In this document: piece by piece, positions 40,267 through 48,949 of the stretch
How the letters are laid out: every line of letters begins with the position of its first letter
Position numbering within the stretch: the first letter of the stretch is position 1
IMG/VR virus record: IMGVR_UViG_3300046557_000242
Coordinates: 1,593 to 65,592 of that record
From: a virus
Lineage: Duplodnaviria; Caudoviricetes
DNA length: 64,000 nucleotides
Direction: 5' to 3' (one strand)
Made by a program: the position numbers and the translations under genes
Notes under the pieces: generated by a model
What the model was told of the DNA's origin: nothing
Seen by the model: only the letters and a program-made list of their open reading frames with translations
Database searches by the model: none

Positions 40267-41303
40267 GCAAATACCTGGCCGAGAAATTCGATCCTACTCG
40301 GCGCGCCAAGGACATCGCCAACATCCTGATCGGCGAGGTCCTCGTGATCTACGATCAGGACAAGGGCGGCGCCGACAATCCAGACAAGAACCTGTCCGGT
40401 CACATCGAGCGCCTCAATGAGTTCTGGGGCGACAAGTACCTGATCGAGGTCAACCCGAAGACCTGTCGGGACTACGTCAAGACCCGTCCTGGCATCGGCG
40501 GCGCACGGCGGGACCTCGAAGTGCTGCGCGCGGCCATCAACAATCACTCCGGCCAGAACCTGCACTTCGGCACGGTCAACGTGACGCTGCCGGCGAAGGG
40601 CGAGTCCCGCAAGGACTGGATCACGCGGCGCGAGGCTGCCGCGATCATCTGGGCTGCCTGGCGTTACCGCGAGGTCCAGACCATCCATCGCGGCGAGCGT
40701 AAGGGCGAAGAGGTCATCACCGACAAACGACCGCTTCGGCATGTCGCCCGCTTCCTGCTGATCGGCTGCTACACCGGAACCCGGGCCGGAGCCATCGCCT
40801 CAGCCTCGGTCAAGAAGGAGACGGGCAAATCGTTCGTCGACCTGGAGGCTGGCCTCTACTATCGACTCGCGATCGGCAAGCAGGCGACCAAGAAGCAGCA
40901 GCCCGTGGCACCGCTGCCGCCCCGGCTGCTGGCGCACATGCGGCGCTGGGTGGATCGCGGGATCGTCGCCGAGAACTTCGTCGAGTTCCGGGGCAAGCCG
41001 GTCAAGCGGGTCAAGAAGGGCTTCGCCAGCGCGGTGCGTCTGTCCGGGGTCAACGTCAAGGTCACGCCGCACACGCTGCGGCACACGGCAGCGACTTGGC
41101 TGATGCAGGCGGGCGTCGACGAGTGGGAGGCGGCCGGCTATCTCGGCATGTCAGTCGAGGTGCTGCGCGAGGTCTACGGCCACCATCATCCGGACTATAT
41201 GAAGGGCGCCGTCGCAGGCATCACCAAGAAGACCAAGGGTTCCAAACCCAAGGAATCTGTACCCCAACCTGTACCCCAGAAGCGGTTGCAGAAATCAGCG
41301 TAG
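40095..41303 (+). CDS. int: Tyrosine integrase
   Basis: YTGTR, K, HTLRHT.ATW, YLG, VYGHH catalytic residues. Confidence 0.93.
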   Translation: MSRNSKGPRLYKRPSRREGGKFKPAMWVVRDKQKVVSTGIAAGADETAPPIEAEQFLSKYLAEKFDPTRRAKDIANILIGEVLVIYDQDKGGADNPDKNLSGHIERLNEFWGDKYLIEVNPKTCRDYVKTRPGIGGARRDLEVLRAAINNHSGQNLHFGTVNVTLPAKGESRKDWITRREAAAIIWAAWRYREVQTIHRGERKGEEVITDKRPLRHVARFLLIGCYTGTRAGAIASASVKKETGKSFVDLEAGLYYRLAIGKQATKKQQPVAPLPPRLLAHMRRWVDRGIVAENFVEFRGKPVKRVKKGFASAVRLSGVNVKVTPHTLRHTAATWLMQAGVDEWEAAGYLGMSVEVLREVYGHHHPDYMKGAVAGITKKTKGSKPKESVPQPVPQKRLQKSA

Positions 41304-41485
41304 GAGATTATGATGTTGTTTCAAGGGTTTAGATGGTCGGAGTGGCAGGATTCGAACCTGCGACCCCTGCGTCCCGAACATAGGGGCAGGCCTATCCTGC
41401 ATTGATTTTATTGGGGTTTTTGGCGTCTCTTGATCTGAACTTTCCCATTTTGTTCACGGTCATTCTGTACCCAATCTGTACCCCA
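41257..41485. mobile_element. attP site: core plus integrase arm repeats
   Basis: CTGTACCC(C)A tandem pairs at 41257/41269 and 41465/41476 flank a tRNA-derived core. Confidence 0.85.
41334..41379 (-). other. att core = 3' half of tRNA-Pro(CGG)
   Basis: Reverse complement GTTCGGGACGCAGGGGTCGCAGGTTCGAATCCTGCCACTCCGACCA: anticodon loop, T-arm and CCA; no 5' half. Confidence 0.88.
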
Positions 41486-41521
41486 GCCCAATCGTCCACC
41501 ATCCGTTCTATCGAGGAAATC

Positions 41522-41776
41522 ATGACCAAAATCGTGATGGCAATCGCCATGCTTGTGGCCACGTCGGCGCACGCCGCGAGCCCCTATCCTACCCCCACCC
41601 GTGACGGTCGGGAAACCCTCCGCCGGGAGGGCACCTGCCCGACTGGCTATGTCGGTCTCGGCAACAAGTGCGAGGCCCTACACCGGGACACTCCCCGGGC
41701 CTACCCAAAGATCAAGGGCGCACCCTGCCCGTCCGGCACCTTCTCCAGCGGCGACTTCTGCAAGGAGCTGCACTGA
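41522..41776 (+). CDS. Small secreted Cys-repeat protein
   Basis: Signal peptide (AHA); CPTGY...C and CPSGT...C. Confidence 0.7.
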   Translation: MTKIVMAIAMLVATSAHAASPYPTPTRDGRETLRREGTCPTGYVGLGNKCEALHRDTPRAYPKIKGAPCPSGTFSSGDFCKELH

Positions 41777-41997
41777 TGGCCAAGGCCAAGCCGAGCCGGC
41801 GCGGGAACGCCGAGCTGCACGCCCAGGCCGTCGCCCTGTCCCTACATCCCTGGAACAACTCCGTGGGCGACTGGGCGGCCTTGGAGGAGGTCGTAACGCA
41901 ACTGGGTGCGGCGGCACCCAAGGCGGCGAAGGAGGCTCTCGCGAGCCGGCAGCGCTCGATGAAGAAGCTCGCAAACCCCTTCACCGCCCGAGCGTGA
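41776..41997 (+). CDS. Hypothetical protein
   Basis: TGATG coupling. Confidence 0.5.
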   Translation: MAKAKPSRRGNAELHAQAVALSLHPWNNSVGDWAALEEVVTQLGAAAPKAAKEALASRQRSMKKLANPFTARA

Positions 41998-42055
41998 AGC
42001 GTTGGGGCTCGCCGTGGTCGCGGCGGGCCCCGCTCAACCGATTAAGGACGAAGCG

Positions 42056-42442
42056 ATGACCGAGACACTAGACCTGTTTGCCGACCTGCCACCCGTAAGG
42101 GAGGCCGGGCCGTCGCTCGACCTCTGCGCCCGGCAGATCGTCGTTGCGTCACTGCTCTACTACCGGCATGACCACTCGTTCATGTCGGACCACGCCTTCG
42201 ACGACATGTGCCAGCGCGTTGCCGGCGCCTGGGGCGGACTCGATCCGGTCCGGAAGTTCATGCTTGGCTCCCCGGGAGAGATTCGGGCGAGCGGCTACCA
42301 TGTGAAAGTCACCATGTTCGCTGAGAACGCTGCCTACGCCTGGATGCGGCAGAAGCGCCTTCAGCCGTCGCAGGTCGGTCGCATCACTGACTGGACCTTC
42401 GAGGCCAACCACCAGATCCACTGGGCGGGGCTGACATCATGA
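42056..42442 (+). CDS. Stand-alone NAD-ligase domain Ia-like protein
   Basis: LYY.HD...MSDHAFD matches the YY...SD..(Y/F)D motif of LigA domain Ia. Confidence 0.6.
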   Translation: MTETLDLFADLPPVREAGPSLDLCARQIVVASLLYYRHDHSFMSDHAFDDMCQRVAGAWGGLDPVRKFMLGSPGEIRASGYHVKVTMFAENAAYAWMRQKRLQPSQVGRITDWTFEANHQIHWAGLTS

Positions 42443-42855
42443 GGGTAGCCTTCGTCTCATGCGTCAAGACCAAGGCGCAGCAATCTGATCTGGCTGAGCA
42501 CCTCTATATCTCTCCGTGGTTCCGGATGGCGGCAGAATACGCCCGGCGCAACTCAGACCGCTGGTTCATCCTGTCGGCGCTCCACGGCATGATCGAACCC
42601 CGCCATTTCATCGCTCCGTACGATGCGACGCTTAACGGGGCCAAGGTTGACGAACGATTCGACTGGTCTCTAAACGTCATTGATCAGATGGGCGCGTGGG
42701 ACCTGAAAGGAGAGCTGGCAGTGGTGCTGGCCGGCGAGAACTATCGCCGGTTTCTGATGGACGAACTCCACAGGCGCTTCCGCAAGGTGGTGGTGCCGAT
42801 GAAGGGGTTGATGATGGGCCAGCAGCTAAGCTGGATGAAAGGAATGATGACGTGA
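42439..42855 (+). CDS. DUF6884-like protein
   Basis: VSCVKTK...LY.S.WF...WFILSALHG...PYD.TL. Confidence 0.75.
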   Translation: MRVAFVSCVKTKAQQSDLAEHLYISPWFRMAAEYARRNSDRWFILSALHGMIEPRHFIAPYDATLNGAKVDERFDWSLNVIDQMGAWDLKGELAVVLAGENYRRFLMDELHRRFRKVVVPMKGLMMGQQLSWMKGMMT

Positions 42856-43205
42856 ACGACAACGATTTGATCGGCCGGATCGCCGGTATAGCGATAACCC
42901 AGTTCAACGGGGTGGGGTTCGCTCACGGGGTATACTTCAAGGTCACCTCAGTTGAAGGGCCTGGGCAACTGCATGTGGTCTGCACCAATCCAGGAATGAG
43001 CAAACTGACCCGCACCATGCCGGCGGAGCAGCTTTGGAGGCAGCTCAGCCCCGAAACCGTTCAGGGACAACTCGAACCGCTCCATGACGAGAAGCTGGAC
43101 TATGCGGCGAAGTGCTATCTCACGGAGCGGCAGGACGGGGAGAACGACGAACAGCTCAAGGCGAGGCTGACAGCCATCGGACTCGGTCCGAAGGGCATGA
43201 ACTGA
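42852..43205 (+). CDS. Hypothetical protein
   Basis: GTGA overlap. Confidence 0.55.
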   Translation: MNDNDLIGRIAGIAITQFNGVGFAHGVYFKVTSVEGPGQLHVVCTNPGMSKLTRTMPAEQLWRQLSPETVQGQLEPLHDEKLDYAAKCYLTERQDGENDEQLKARLTAIGLGPKGMN

Positions 43206-43220
43206 CGGAAGAAGAAAATA

Positions 43221-43583
43221 ATGAAGAAAGTTCTACTTATCACCACACTGGCGCTGGTGCCCACTGTCGGACTTAACGCCCGCGCTCGAGTCTCAGTGGG
43301 GGACGCGACCAGCGTCATAGCCGATGTAGCCTACGATCATTCCGTTTACTCGGATCTGATCGCGGCGACGGAGCACTGCCCGTTGGTCCTGGATATGAAG
43401 GCCTTCGACAAGAAGATGCCGGTTGGTGTGATGGCCATGGTCAAAGCGCTCAACGTCACCGAACAGGGCGAGGCCTGGTTCTCGAAGCGCGACGATGACT
43501 TCAAGAACAACCCAGCCAAGGAATGCGCCGAGGCCGAGAAGACCTACGGTTCCGAAGGCATGAGCCTGCTGAAGAAGAAATAG
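43221..43583 (+). CDS. Secreted hypothetical protein
   Basis: MKK signal peptide; two Cys. Confidence 0.65.
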   Translation: MKKVLLITTLALVPTVGLNARARVSVGDATSVIADVAYDHSVYSDLIAATEHCPLVLDMKAFDKKMPVGVMAMVKALNVTEQGEAWFSKRDDDFKNNPAKECAEAEKTYGSEGMSLLKKK

Positions 43584-44237
43584 ATGCCCTCTCCTCGAGT
43601 CTACAACATCCACCACGGCGATGCGCCGGCAGACGCGGTCTACATCGGCCGCGGCTCGCCCTACGGCAACCGGTTCGTCATCGAGGCGCACGGCGACCGG
43701 GACCAGGTCTGCAATCTGTTCGACTGCGAGCAGCTGCCGGACATGGACGTCTCGTCGCTCGTCGGTCGGAACCTGAAATGCTACTGCGCGCCGCACCGCT
43801 GCCACGGCGATTCGATCCTACTGAAGGCGAACTTCCGCGTGGTCGTGTTCGGCGGTCGCAGCTATGCCGCCAAAGGCACCCTGTATCGCGGTCTCGACGC
43901 GCTCCATGCGCGTAGGCGGATTACATGCATCGTTGAGGGGGAAGCGTCAGGAGCTGACAGGCTGGCTCGCCAATGGGCTGAGGACCGTGGTGTCGAGTTC
44001 GATCCCTACCCGGCCGATTGGGGTAACATCGATCGGCCGGGTGCCGTCGTCAGAAGAAACAAGTATGGCAAGCTCTACGACGCGCTGGCCGGCCATATAC
44101 GCAATGAACAAATGTTACGCGAGGGTCGCCCTCAGTTCGCTGTCGCCTGTCCGGGCGGCACCGGTACTCAGGACATGACCGTCAGGTGTCTTCAGTTTGG
44201 CCTATCCCCAATGAGCCCTGAAGACATCGCAGCTTGA
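43584..44237 (+). CDS. DUF4326 + YspA/SLOG-like fusion protein
   Basis: VYIGRGSPYGN.F, LKCYCAPHRCHGD; VFGGR.Y, GEASGAD, AGHIRN..M, PGGTGT. Confidence 0.8.
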   Translation: MPSPRVYNIHHGDAPADAVYIGRGSPYGNRFVIEAHGDRDQVCNLFDCEQLPDMDVSSLVGRNLKCYCAPHRCHGDSILLKANFRVVVFGGRSYAAKGTLYRGLDALHARRRITCIVEGEASGADRLARQWAEDRGVEFDPYPADWGNIDRPGAVVRRNKYGKLYDALAGHIRNEQMLREGRPQFAVACPGGTGTQDMTVRCLQFGLSPMSPEDIAA

Positions 44238-44793
44238 GCAGCTCCGGGATGCCGATCGCGGCGGCAATGTTGATCGCGAAAAAGAGCCACTCGCTGAATG
44301 TTGGTATCGTTGGTACCAGGATCGGTTCCACACAGCAAAGGTTGTTCACAATAAGAGCGAGGACGCTGAGCAACAGCGCGTAGTTCCGGCCGAAGGCAAT
44401 GGCTGAGGCGCAGACGCCAACGGCAAGCATCACGTCGACCCTCTTCTCGTATTTGAGAATGTCGAGAAGCAACGCGATCGGCGCGGATACGGCGACCGCA
44501 GAGATGCCGAAGGTCAGATAGCCGACCTTCAGCTTGCGTCGCTTCTGAACCGGAGCTGGCGGATCACTGCTCGACGGCACCGACTCCGGGCCGAATGTGT
44601 CGAGGTCGATCGAATTGCTGCCCGAGAACCAGGCCGGCTCGGCACCTCGGTCCAGCGACGCCCATAGATCGTCGATCGCAGTGCGCAGGCGCTCCTGCTT
44701 CACAGATACGAGGATGCATTCATCATCTCTGGACTGCGCAACGAACCTGTCGCCCAAGCGGGCGATCAAATAGTTCCGGTAAATGGTGGTCAT
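44182..44793 (-). CDS. Membrane protein: unassigned N-domain + DUF4118-like transmembrane domain
   Basis: About 4 hydrophobic segments in C-terminal half; N-domain paralogous to 44802-45110. Confidence 0.65.
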   Translation of the reverse strand: MTTIYRNYLIARLGDRFVAQSRDDECILVSVKQERLRTAIDDLWASLDRGAEPAWFSGSNSIDLDTFGPESVPSSSDPPAPVQKRRKLKVGYLTFGISAVAVSAPIALLLDILKYEKRVDVMLAVGVCASAIAFGRNYALLLSVLALIVNNLCCVEPILVPTIPTFSEWLFFAINIAAAIGIPELLKLRCLQGSLGIGQTEDT

Positions 44794-44801
44794 GATGCCC
44801 C

Positions 44802-45110
44802 TCAAGCTGCGGCGCGAGCTGGCATCCCAACCGTGGGCCCTAAAGGGAATAGGGATACCTTCGCGGTCTGGTCCACGACGAGCATCGCCTCCGAGGCGGC
44901 ATCGAGATCGACAAGGTCCTGTGCCTCATAGATCCATGAGGGCGCGGCCACTTTGCCCTCAAGAGCGTTCCAGAGGGTGTCGATCGAGCGGGTGAGGCGC
45001 AGCAGGTTCTTCGATCTGAGTTGCAGGGGTTCCTCATCCTGGGGCTGGGCGCAGAAAGCGCTCCCGTCATGGCTGATGACGTAGGAGCGGTATTCGAATG
45101 ACGTCTGCAT
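44802..45110 (-). CDS. Soluble paralog of neighbour's N-domain
   Basis: YR.Y.I...G..F.AQ..D.E...RL...ID.LW..L...P.W...DLD shared. Confidence 0.7.
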   Translation of the reverse strand: MQTSFEYRSYVISHDGSAFCAQPQDEEPLQLRSKNLLRLTRSIDTLWNALEGKVAAPSWIYEAQDLVDLDAASEAMLVVDQTAKVSLFPLGPTVGMPARAAA

Positions 45111-45320
45111 CTTTTCTTTTCTCGTTGTCTGCGGCCCAACAGGGGCGCCTTTCTTCTGTGTTTGCTAACGAGATTTGCACACAAATGCAAGTGGGTATCA
45201 TGTTCCGTAGAATTACGGCTTGTTGATGAACGGGAGATAAAACTCCTCAAATTGTAGGCTGTTCCCGCCACAGCCGGAACTGGAACCGCCCCTCGACAAC
45301 TTCTTGCATTCCGCTTCGAT

Positions 45321-45334
45321 TTGCTCTAATGCAA
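45321..45334 (+). promoter_or_regulatory. TTGC-box variant in divergent intergenic region
   Basis: TTGCTCTAATGCAA plus GAATGCAA; further TTGC..GCAA at 45175-45190. Confidence 0.65.
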
Positions 45335-45372
45335 ACGGAGAATGCAAATACAAAAAAAGGGGTAGATCGAAC

Positions 45373-46020
45373 GTGTTTGGAACCGGCCTCAGAGCTATTT
45401 TGAAAAGGGTTTTGCCTGTGTTTCAGGCAAAGGTCTCCGTGACCGTTCCCGCGCAGGAACTGTCAAACGCCTCAACCACAGTTGTGAGCGTGGTCGAACT
45501 GCCGCCCGCTCTGACCGAGAAGTCAAAGCGGTTCCGGCGCACGAAGGCGGAACTGGAACTCGGTCTCACGATCGAGCAGGCGATGGCGGCTCGCGCCAAT
45601 CTGCCGCAGCCCGAGGTCAAGGCCGTCGAGCGGAAGGTCGTGAAAGCCTCAAAGCCTGTCGAGATTAAGGCAATGAAGCGCTTCAAGCGCACGAAGGCCG
45701 AGATCGACGCTGGCCTCTCCATCGAGCAGGCCGCTGCCGCTCGCGGCGTGGCGCTGCCCGGTCAGCAGAAGAAGATCTACGTCGAGCGCAAGGTCGAGGT
45801 ACAGCCCGTCAAGACGGACCTGATCCAGACGCTCTCCCCGCGCATCCAGGCCCGGGCCAACGTCATGACGACGATGCGCCGCCGCGGTGTTCAGGGTGCG
45901 ATCACCACCGAGATGCTGGACCTGGCCGCCGATGCGGTCGCGGCCGGCAAGGTCACCAAGTGCGAGCCGTTCGTCGGCAGCGACGGCTTCAACCACTTCA
46001 CGCAGCAGGAGACCAAGTAA
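45373..46020 (+). CDS. Basic protein with duplicated KRFxRTKAE...IEQA.AAR repeat
   Basis: Two copies of a ~23-aa repeat; GTG start. Confidence 0.65.
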   Translation: MFGTGLRAILKRVLPVFQAKVSVTVPAQELSNASTTVVSVVELPPALTEKSKRFRRTKAELELGLTIEQAMAARANLPQPEVKAVERKVVKASKPVEIKAMKRFKRTKAEIDAGLSIEQAAAARGVALPGQQKKIYVERKVEVQPVKTDLIQTLSPRIQARANVMTTMRRRGVQGAITTEMLDLAADAVAAGKVTKCEPFVGSDGFNHFTQQETK

Positions 46021-46286
46021 TGGCTCGGCATTTCAAGAAGTCCTGGACCCACTTCTTCCAGGCGATCAAGGCCGGCCAGAAGCTGCACGACGTGCGCGAG
46101 GATGAGGGCTTCCAGATCGGCGACATCCTGGTGCTCCAGGAATACGACAACATCAACGGTCGCTACACGGGCGAGGAGATCGAGGTGGAGGTGAGCTACA
46201 TCACCAACCGCACCGTCCCGTGCGCCTTCTCCAGCGCCGTGCTGCAGCCGGGCTACTGCATCCTGAGCCTGAAGGTGCTGGCATGA
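46020..46286 (+). CDS. ASCH/PUA-like (DUF3850) protein
   Basis: K.W..FF.AI..G.K..DVR...FQIGD.L.L.EY...YTG. Confidence 0.8.
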   Translation: MARHFKKSWTHFFQAIKAGQKLHDVREDEGFQIGDILVLQEYDNINGRYTGEEIEVEVSYITNRTVPCAFSSAVLQPGYCILSLKVLA

Positions 46287-46753
46287 CGAAACGTTCACAG
46301 CTCTGGTGGGACCAGTATTTCTTGGGTCTCGCAAAGTCGACCTCGGCCGCGTCGAAAGACCCGAGCACGAAGGTCGGCGCCGTCATCACGCGCCCAGACA
46401 GGACCGTGGCGTCGCTCGGCTACAACGGCTTCCCGCGCGGCATCGCCGACACGGACGAGCGCCTGACGACCCGCGAAATCAAGTACGACCTCGTCATCCA
46501 CGGCGAGATCAACGCGATCCTGACCGCCCGCGAGCCCCTGCACGGCTACACGCTCTACACCTGGCCGTTCCTGACCTGCAAGCGCTGCTCTCTCCACGTC
46601 ATTCAGACCGGTATCACCCGCGTGGTCGCGCCGGAGCTGCCAGAGGAACTGAAGGAGCGATGGAAGGACTCGCTCGCTGAGGCGCAGGCCGTATACGCCG
46701 AAGTCGGAGTGATCTGCGATCTGATCTGCACGACGAAGCCGGCGGAGGTCTGA
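46283..46753 (+). CDS. dCMP deaminase
   Basis: SKDPSTKVGA, GYNGFPRG, HGE.NA, C..C. Confidence 0.92.
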   Translation: MTKRSQLWWDQYFLGLAKSTSAASKDPSTKVGAVITRPDRTVASLGYNGFPRGIADTDERLTTREIKYDLVIHGEINAILTAREPLHGYTLYTWPFLTCKRCSLHVIQTGITRVVAPELPEELKERWKDSLAEAQAVYAEVGVICDLICTTKPAEV

Positions 46754-47052
46754 TGCGGCTCGCTGAGTGGCCCCTGCCTTACGTGCGCCTGAAGTGCGGC
46801 AGCTGCGATCGAGAGGGGCGGATGAATATCTCCGGCCTGATCGACCGCTTTGGACCGGACCGCGAGATGTTCATCGTCCGCGAGAAGCTGACAGAGCCCG
46901 GCTGCAAGCGGCCGGACAAGAAGCAGCCCTGTATGTCCACCCTGCCGGATGCCACGCTCGTGCAGGCTATCCTCGCAAAGGACGAGGCGGACGTCGTCGA
47001 TCGGACCAAGCTCGTCGAAGCCCGCGAGTGGAAGGAGAAATTGAGGAAGTGA
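46753..47052 (+). CDS. Zn-binding hypothetical protein
   Basis: CGSCDR.G...C...C. Confidence 0.65.
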   Translation: MRLAEWPLPYVRLKCGSCDREGRMNISGLIDRFGPDREMFIVREKLTEPGCKRPDKKQPCMSTLPDATLVQAILAKDEADVVDRTKLVEAREWKEKLRK

Positions 47053-47237
47053 TGAAGATCTGGAAGCGCTTGAAGCGCAAGGACATGTGCCCGGTGAAGC
47101 GAAGAGCAATCGAGTTCCTGGAGCGAGACGACGTAGCTGCCGTGGAGATCAGCGAAGCTCGCGGCGCCGGCAATATCACCATGGTGCAGATCAGGGCTGT
47201 CAAAGGCCGGGCTTTCCGTGCCCAGTGGCTTGCTTGA
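47052..47237 (+). CDS. Hypothetical protein
   Basis: TGATG coupling. Confidence 0.5.
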   Translation: MKIWKRLKRKDMCPVKRRAIEFLERDDVAAVEISEARGAGNITMVQIRAVKGRAFRAQWLA

Positions 47238-47243
47238 ATGCAA
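47230..47243 (+). promoter_or_regulatory. TTGC-box
   Basis: Exact consensus spanning the stop/start junction. Confidence 0.8.
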
Positions 47244-47873
47244 ATGCTCATCAAGCCATTCCCCACCATGCCGGCCGCTGCCTTCAACCTCGCTCCGTTG
47301 AAGGAGAACCACTACGGGCTCGCGAAAATCGATCCGCCGTGGACGTTCAAGACCTACTCCGACGCCGGAAAGGGCAAGTCGGCGGAGCAGCACTACGACT
47401 GCATGACGCTCGAAGACATCTTCGATCTGGATGTCGAGCGCCTCGCTCACCGCGACGGCATGTGGGTTTGGCTCTACGCGACTGCGCCGATGTACGACGC
47501 CGCTCGCGAGTGCTTCAGACAGTGGAACGTCACCTACGTGACCCAGGGTGTGTGGGTGAAGATGGTGAAGGACATGAGCCGGCCGACCTTCGGCACCGGC
47601 TACGTGCTCCGCAACTGCCACGAGCCCTTCCTGATCGGGAAGATCGGCAAGCCCCGGATCCACTCCCGCAACATCCGCTCGGCGATCCTTGAGACGCGCC
47701 GCGAGCACTCCCGCAAGCCAGAGCAGGGCTACGTCGAGGCCGCAAAGATGGCTGGGCCATATCCGAAGGCCGATATCTTCGCCCGCGTGCAGCGACCTGG
47801 ATGGGACGCCTGGGGCAACGAGATCACGAAGTTCGACAACGACAACATCAAAACCGCGGAGATCGCAGCATGA
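47238..47873 (+). CDS. MT-A70-family adenine methyltransferase (start may be 47244)
   Basis: DPPW, GTGY..R...E, EHSRKP, FAR..RPGWDAWGNE. Confidence 0.9.
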   Translation: MQMLIKPFPTMPAAAFNLAPLKENHYGLAKIDPPWTFKTYSDAGKGKSAEQHYDCMTLEDIFDLDVERLAHRDGMWVWLYATAPMYDAARECFRQWNVTYVTQGVWVKMVKDMSRPTFGTGYVLRNCHEPFLIGKIGKPRIHSRNIRSAILETRREHSRKPEQGYVEAAKMAGPYPKADIFARVQRPGWDAWGNEITKFDNDNIKTAEIAA

Positions 47874-48205
47874 CCGAGCAGACCAGCGTGACCATCAAGG
47901 AAGTGACCAAGCTGATCGCCGGTCCCATCAAATTCGTGGCCGTTCGCCCTGACGACGGCACGGAAGCGCAGCACCCACTGACGTTCAAGATGACGTTCGG
48001 TGACAAGGTGCTCGCCGAAATGGGGGAGCAGGCCGCGCGTCTGTTCGCCTCCCAGGTCCAGCAGACCCTCGCTCGCGAATACGACGACGAGTGGACCCGT
48101 CTGCCGACCTACGCAGCCGTAGAGGCTGATCGTCGCGACGTCGCTGCACGTCGCCAATCCAACGATGCGGCGGCGCCGGCTGGCTGGCCTGACCACATCG
48201 CCTAA
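47870..48205 (+). CDS. Hypothetical protein
   Basis: ATGA overlap. Confidence 0.6.
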   Translation: MTEQTSVTIKEVTKLIAGPIKFVAVRPDDGTEAQHPLTFKMTFGDKVLAEMGEQAARLFASQVQQTLAREYDDEWTRLPTYAAVEADRRDVAARRQSNDAAAPAGWPDHIA

Positions 48206-48217
48206 CAGGAGAGTATC

Positions 48218-48721
48218 TTGAGAAAACTGAACACGGCGCTCATTGGCGTCGCGATCCTCGCTTTGTCCTTTTCGGCCGCAGAGGCCCGTCCGAGGCATCA
48301 TCACCATCACCACCACGCCCGCGTGGCCAAGATCAACGTCACCGAGCCCCAGGATCTGTCGTTCTTCGGCAGCTTCCAGAGCGCCAGCAGCGACGTCGTT
48401 GGTCGCGCTCGCCAGTTCATTGGAGAGTCCGCGCACCAGGTCGGTGTGCGCTCGACCCTGTGGTGCTCCGCATTCCTGCGCAAAGTCACAGGCGCTCAGG
48501 ACGTCGATGACCGCGCCCTCTCCTGGGAGAAGCATCAGCACATTGCTCCGCAGGTCGGCGCAGTCGTGACCATGGGCCGTCGCGGTGGCGGACATGTCGG
48601 CGTCGTCTCTGGCTTCACCGCCAAGGGCGATCCGATCGTCATCAGCGGCAATCACGGTCACCGCGTGGCTGAGAGCGTCTATCCGCGTTCCCGCATCCGC
48701 GCCTGGCTGTCCCCGACGTGA
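48218..48721 (+). CDS. Secreted NlpC/P60-CHAP-like cysteine peptidase
   Basis: Signal peptide, His-tract, WCSAF, GGHVGVV, ISGN. Confidence 0.8.
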   Translation: MRKLNTALIGVAILALSFSAAEARPRHHHHHHHARVAKINVTEPQDLSFFGSFQSASSDVVGRARQFIGESAHQVGVRSTLWCSAFLRKVTGAQDVDDRALSWEKHQHIAPQVGAVVTMGRRGGGHVGVVSGFTAKGDPIVISGNHGHRVAESVYPRSRIRAWLSPT

Positions 48722-48948
48722 CGGAGTCGCGTGAAGAGCGATTGCGAATTGTGGCGCACGGCAAATGTCGTGCGTCACCTCGCCACTTCGAGAACAGGAC
48801 CAAGTACGTGCCGACCGTTGGCGGCATGGTCTGCCAGCTCTCGGAGGATGAAGAGGATTGTTACCCCACGAGCAAGAAAGCCGTGGTCGCAGCAGAGGCC
48901 TTCCGCGACGAGGCGCGGGAGAAACTTCAGGAAGAATTTGGAGGGTGA
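48718..48948 (+). CDS. Hypothetical protein
   Basis: GTGA overlap. Confidence 0.5.
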   Translation: MTESREERLRIVAHGKCRASPRHFENRTKYVPTVGGMVCQLSEDEEDCYPTSKKAVVAAEAFRDEAREKLQEEFGG

Positions 48949-48949
48949 G

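Noticed and set aside
41334-41379. Functional tRNA-Pro gene
   Set aside because: Only the anticodon loop to CCA is present, with no D-arm or 5' acceptor strand; treated as the att core.
48296-48316. His-tag cloning artefact
   Set aside because: Mixed CAT/CAC codons in a native context after a signal peptide; no vector sequence nearby.
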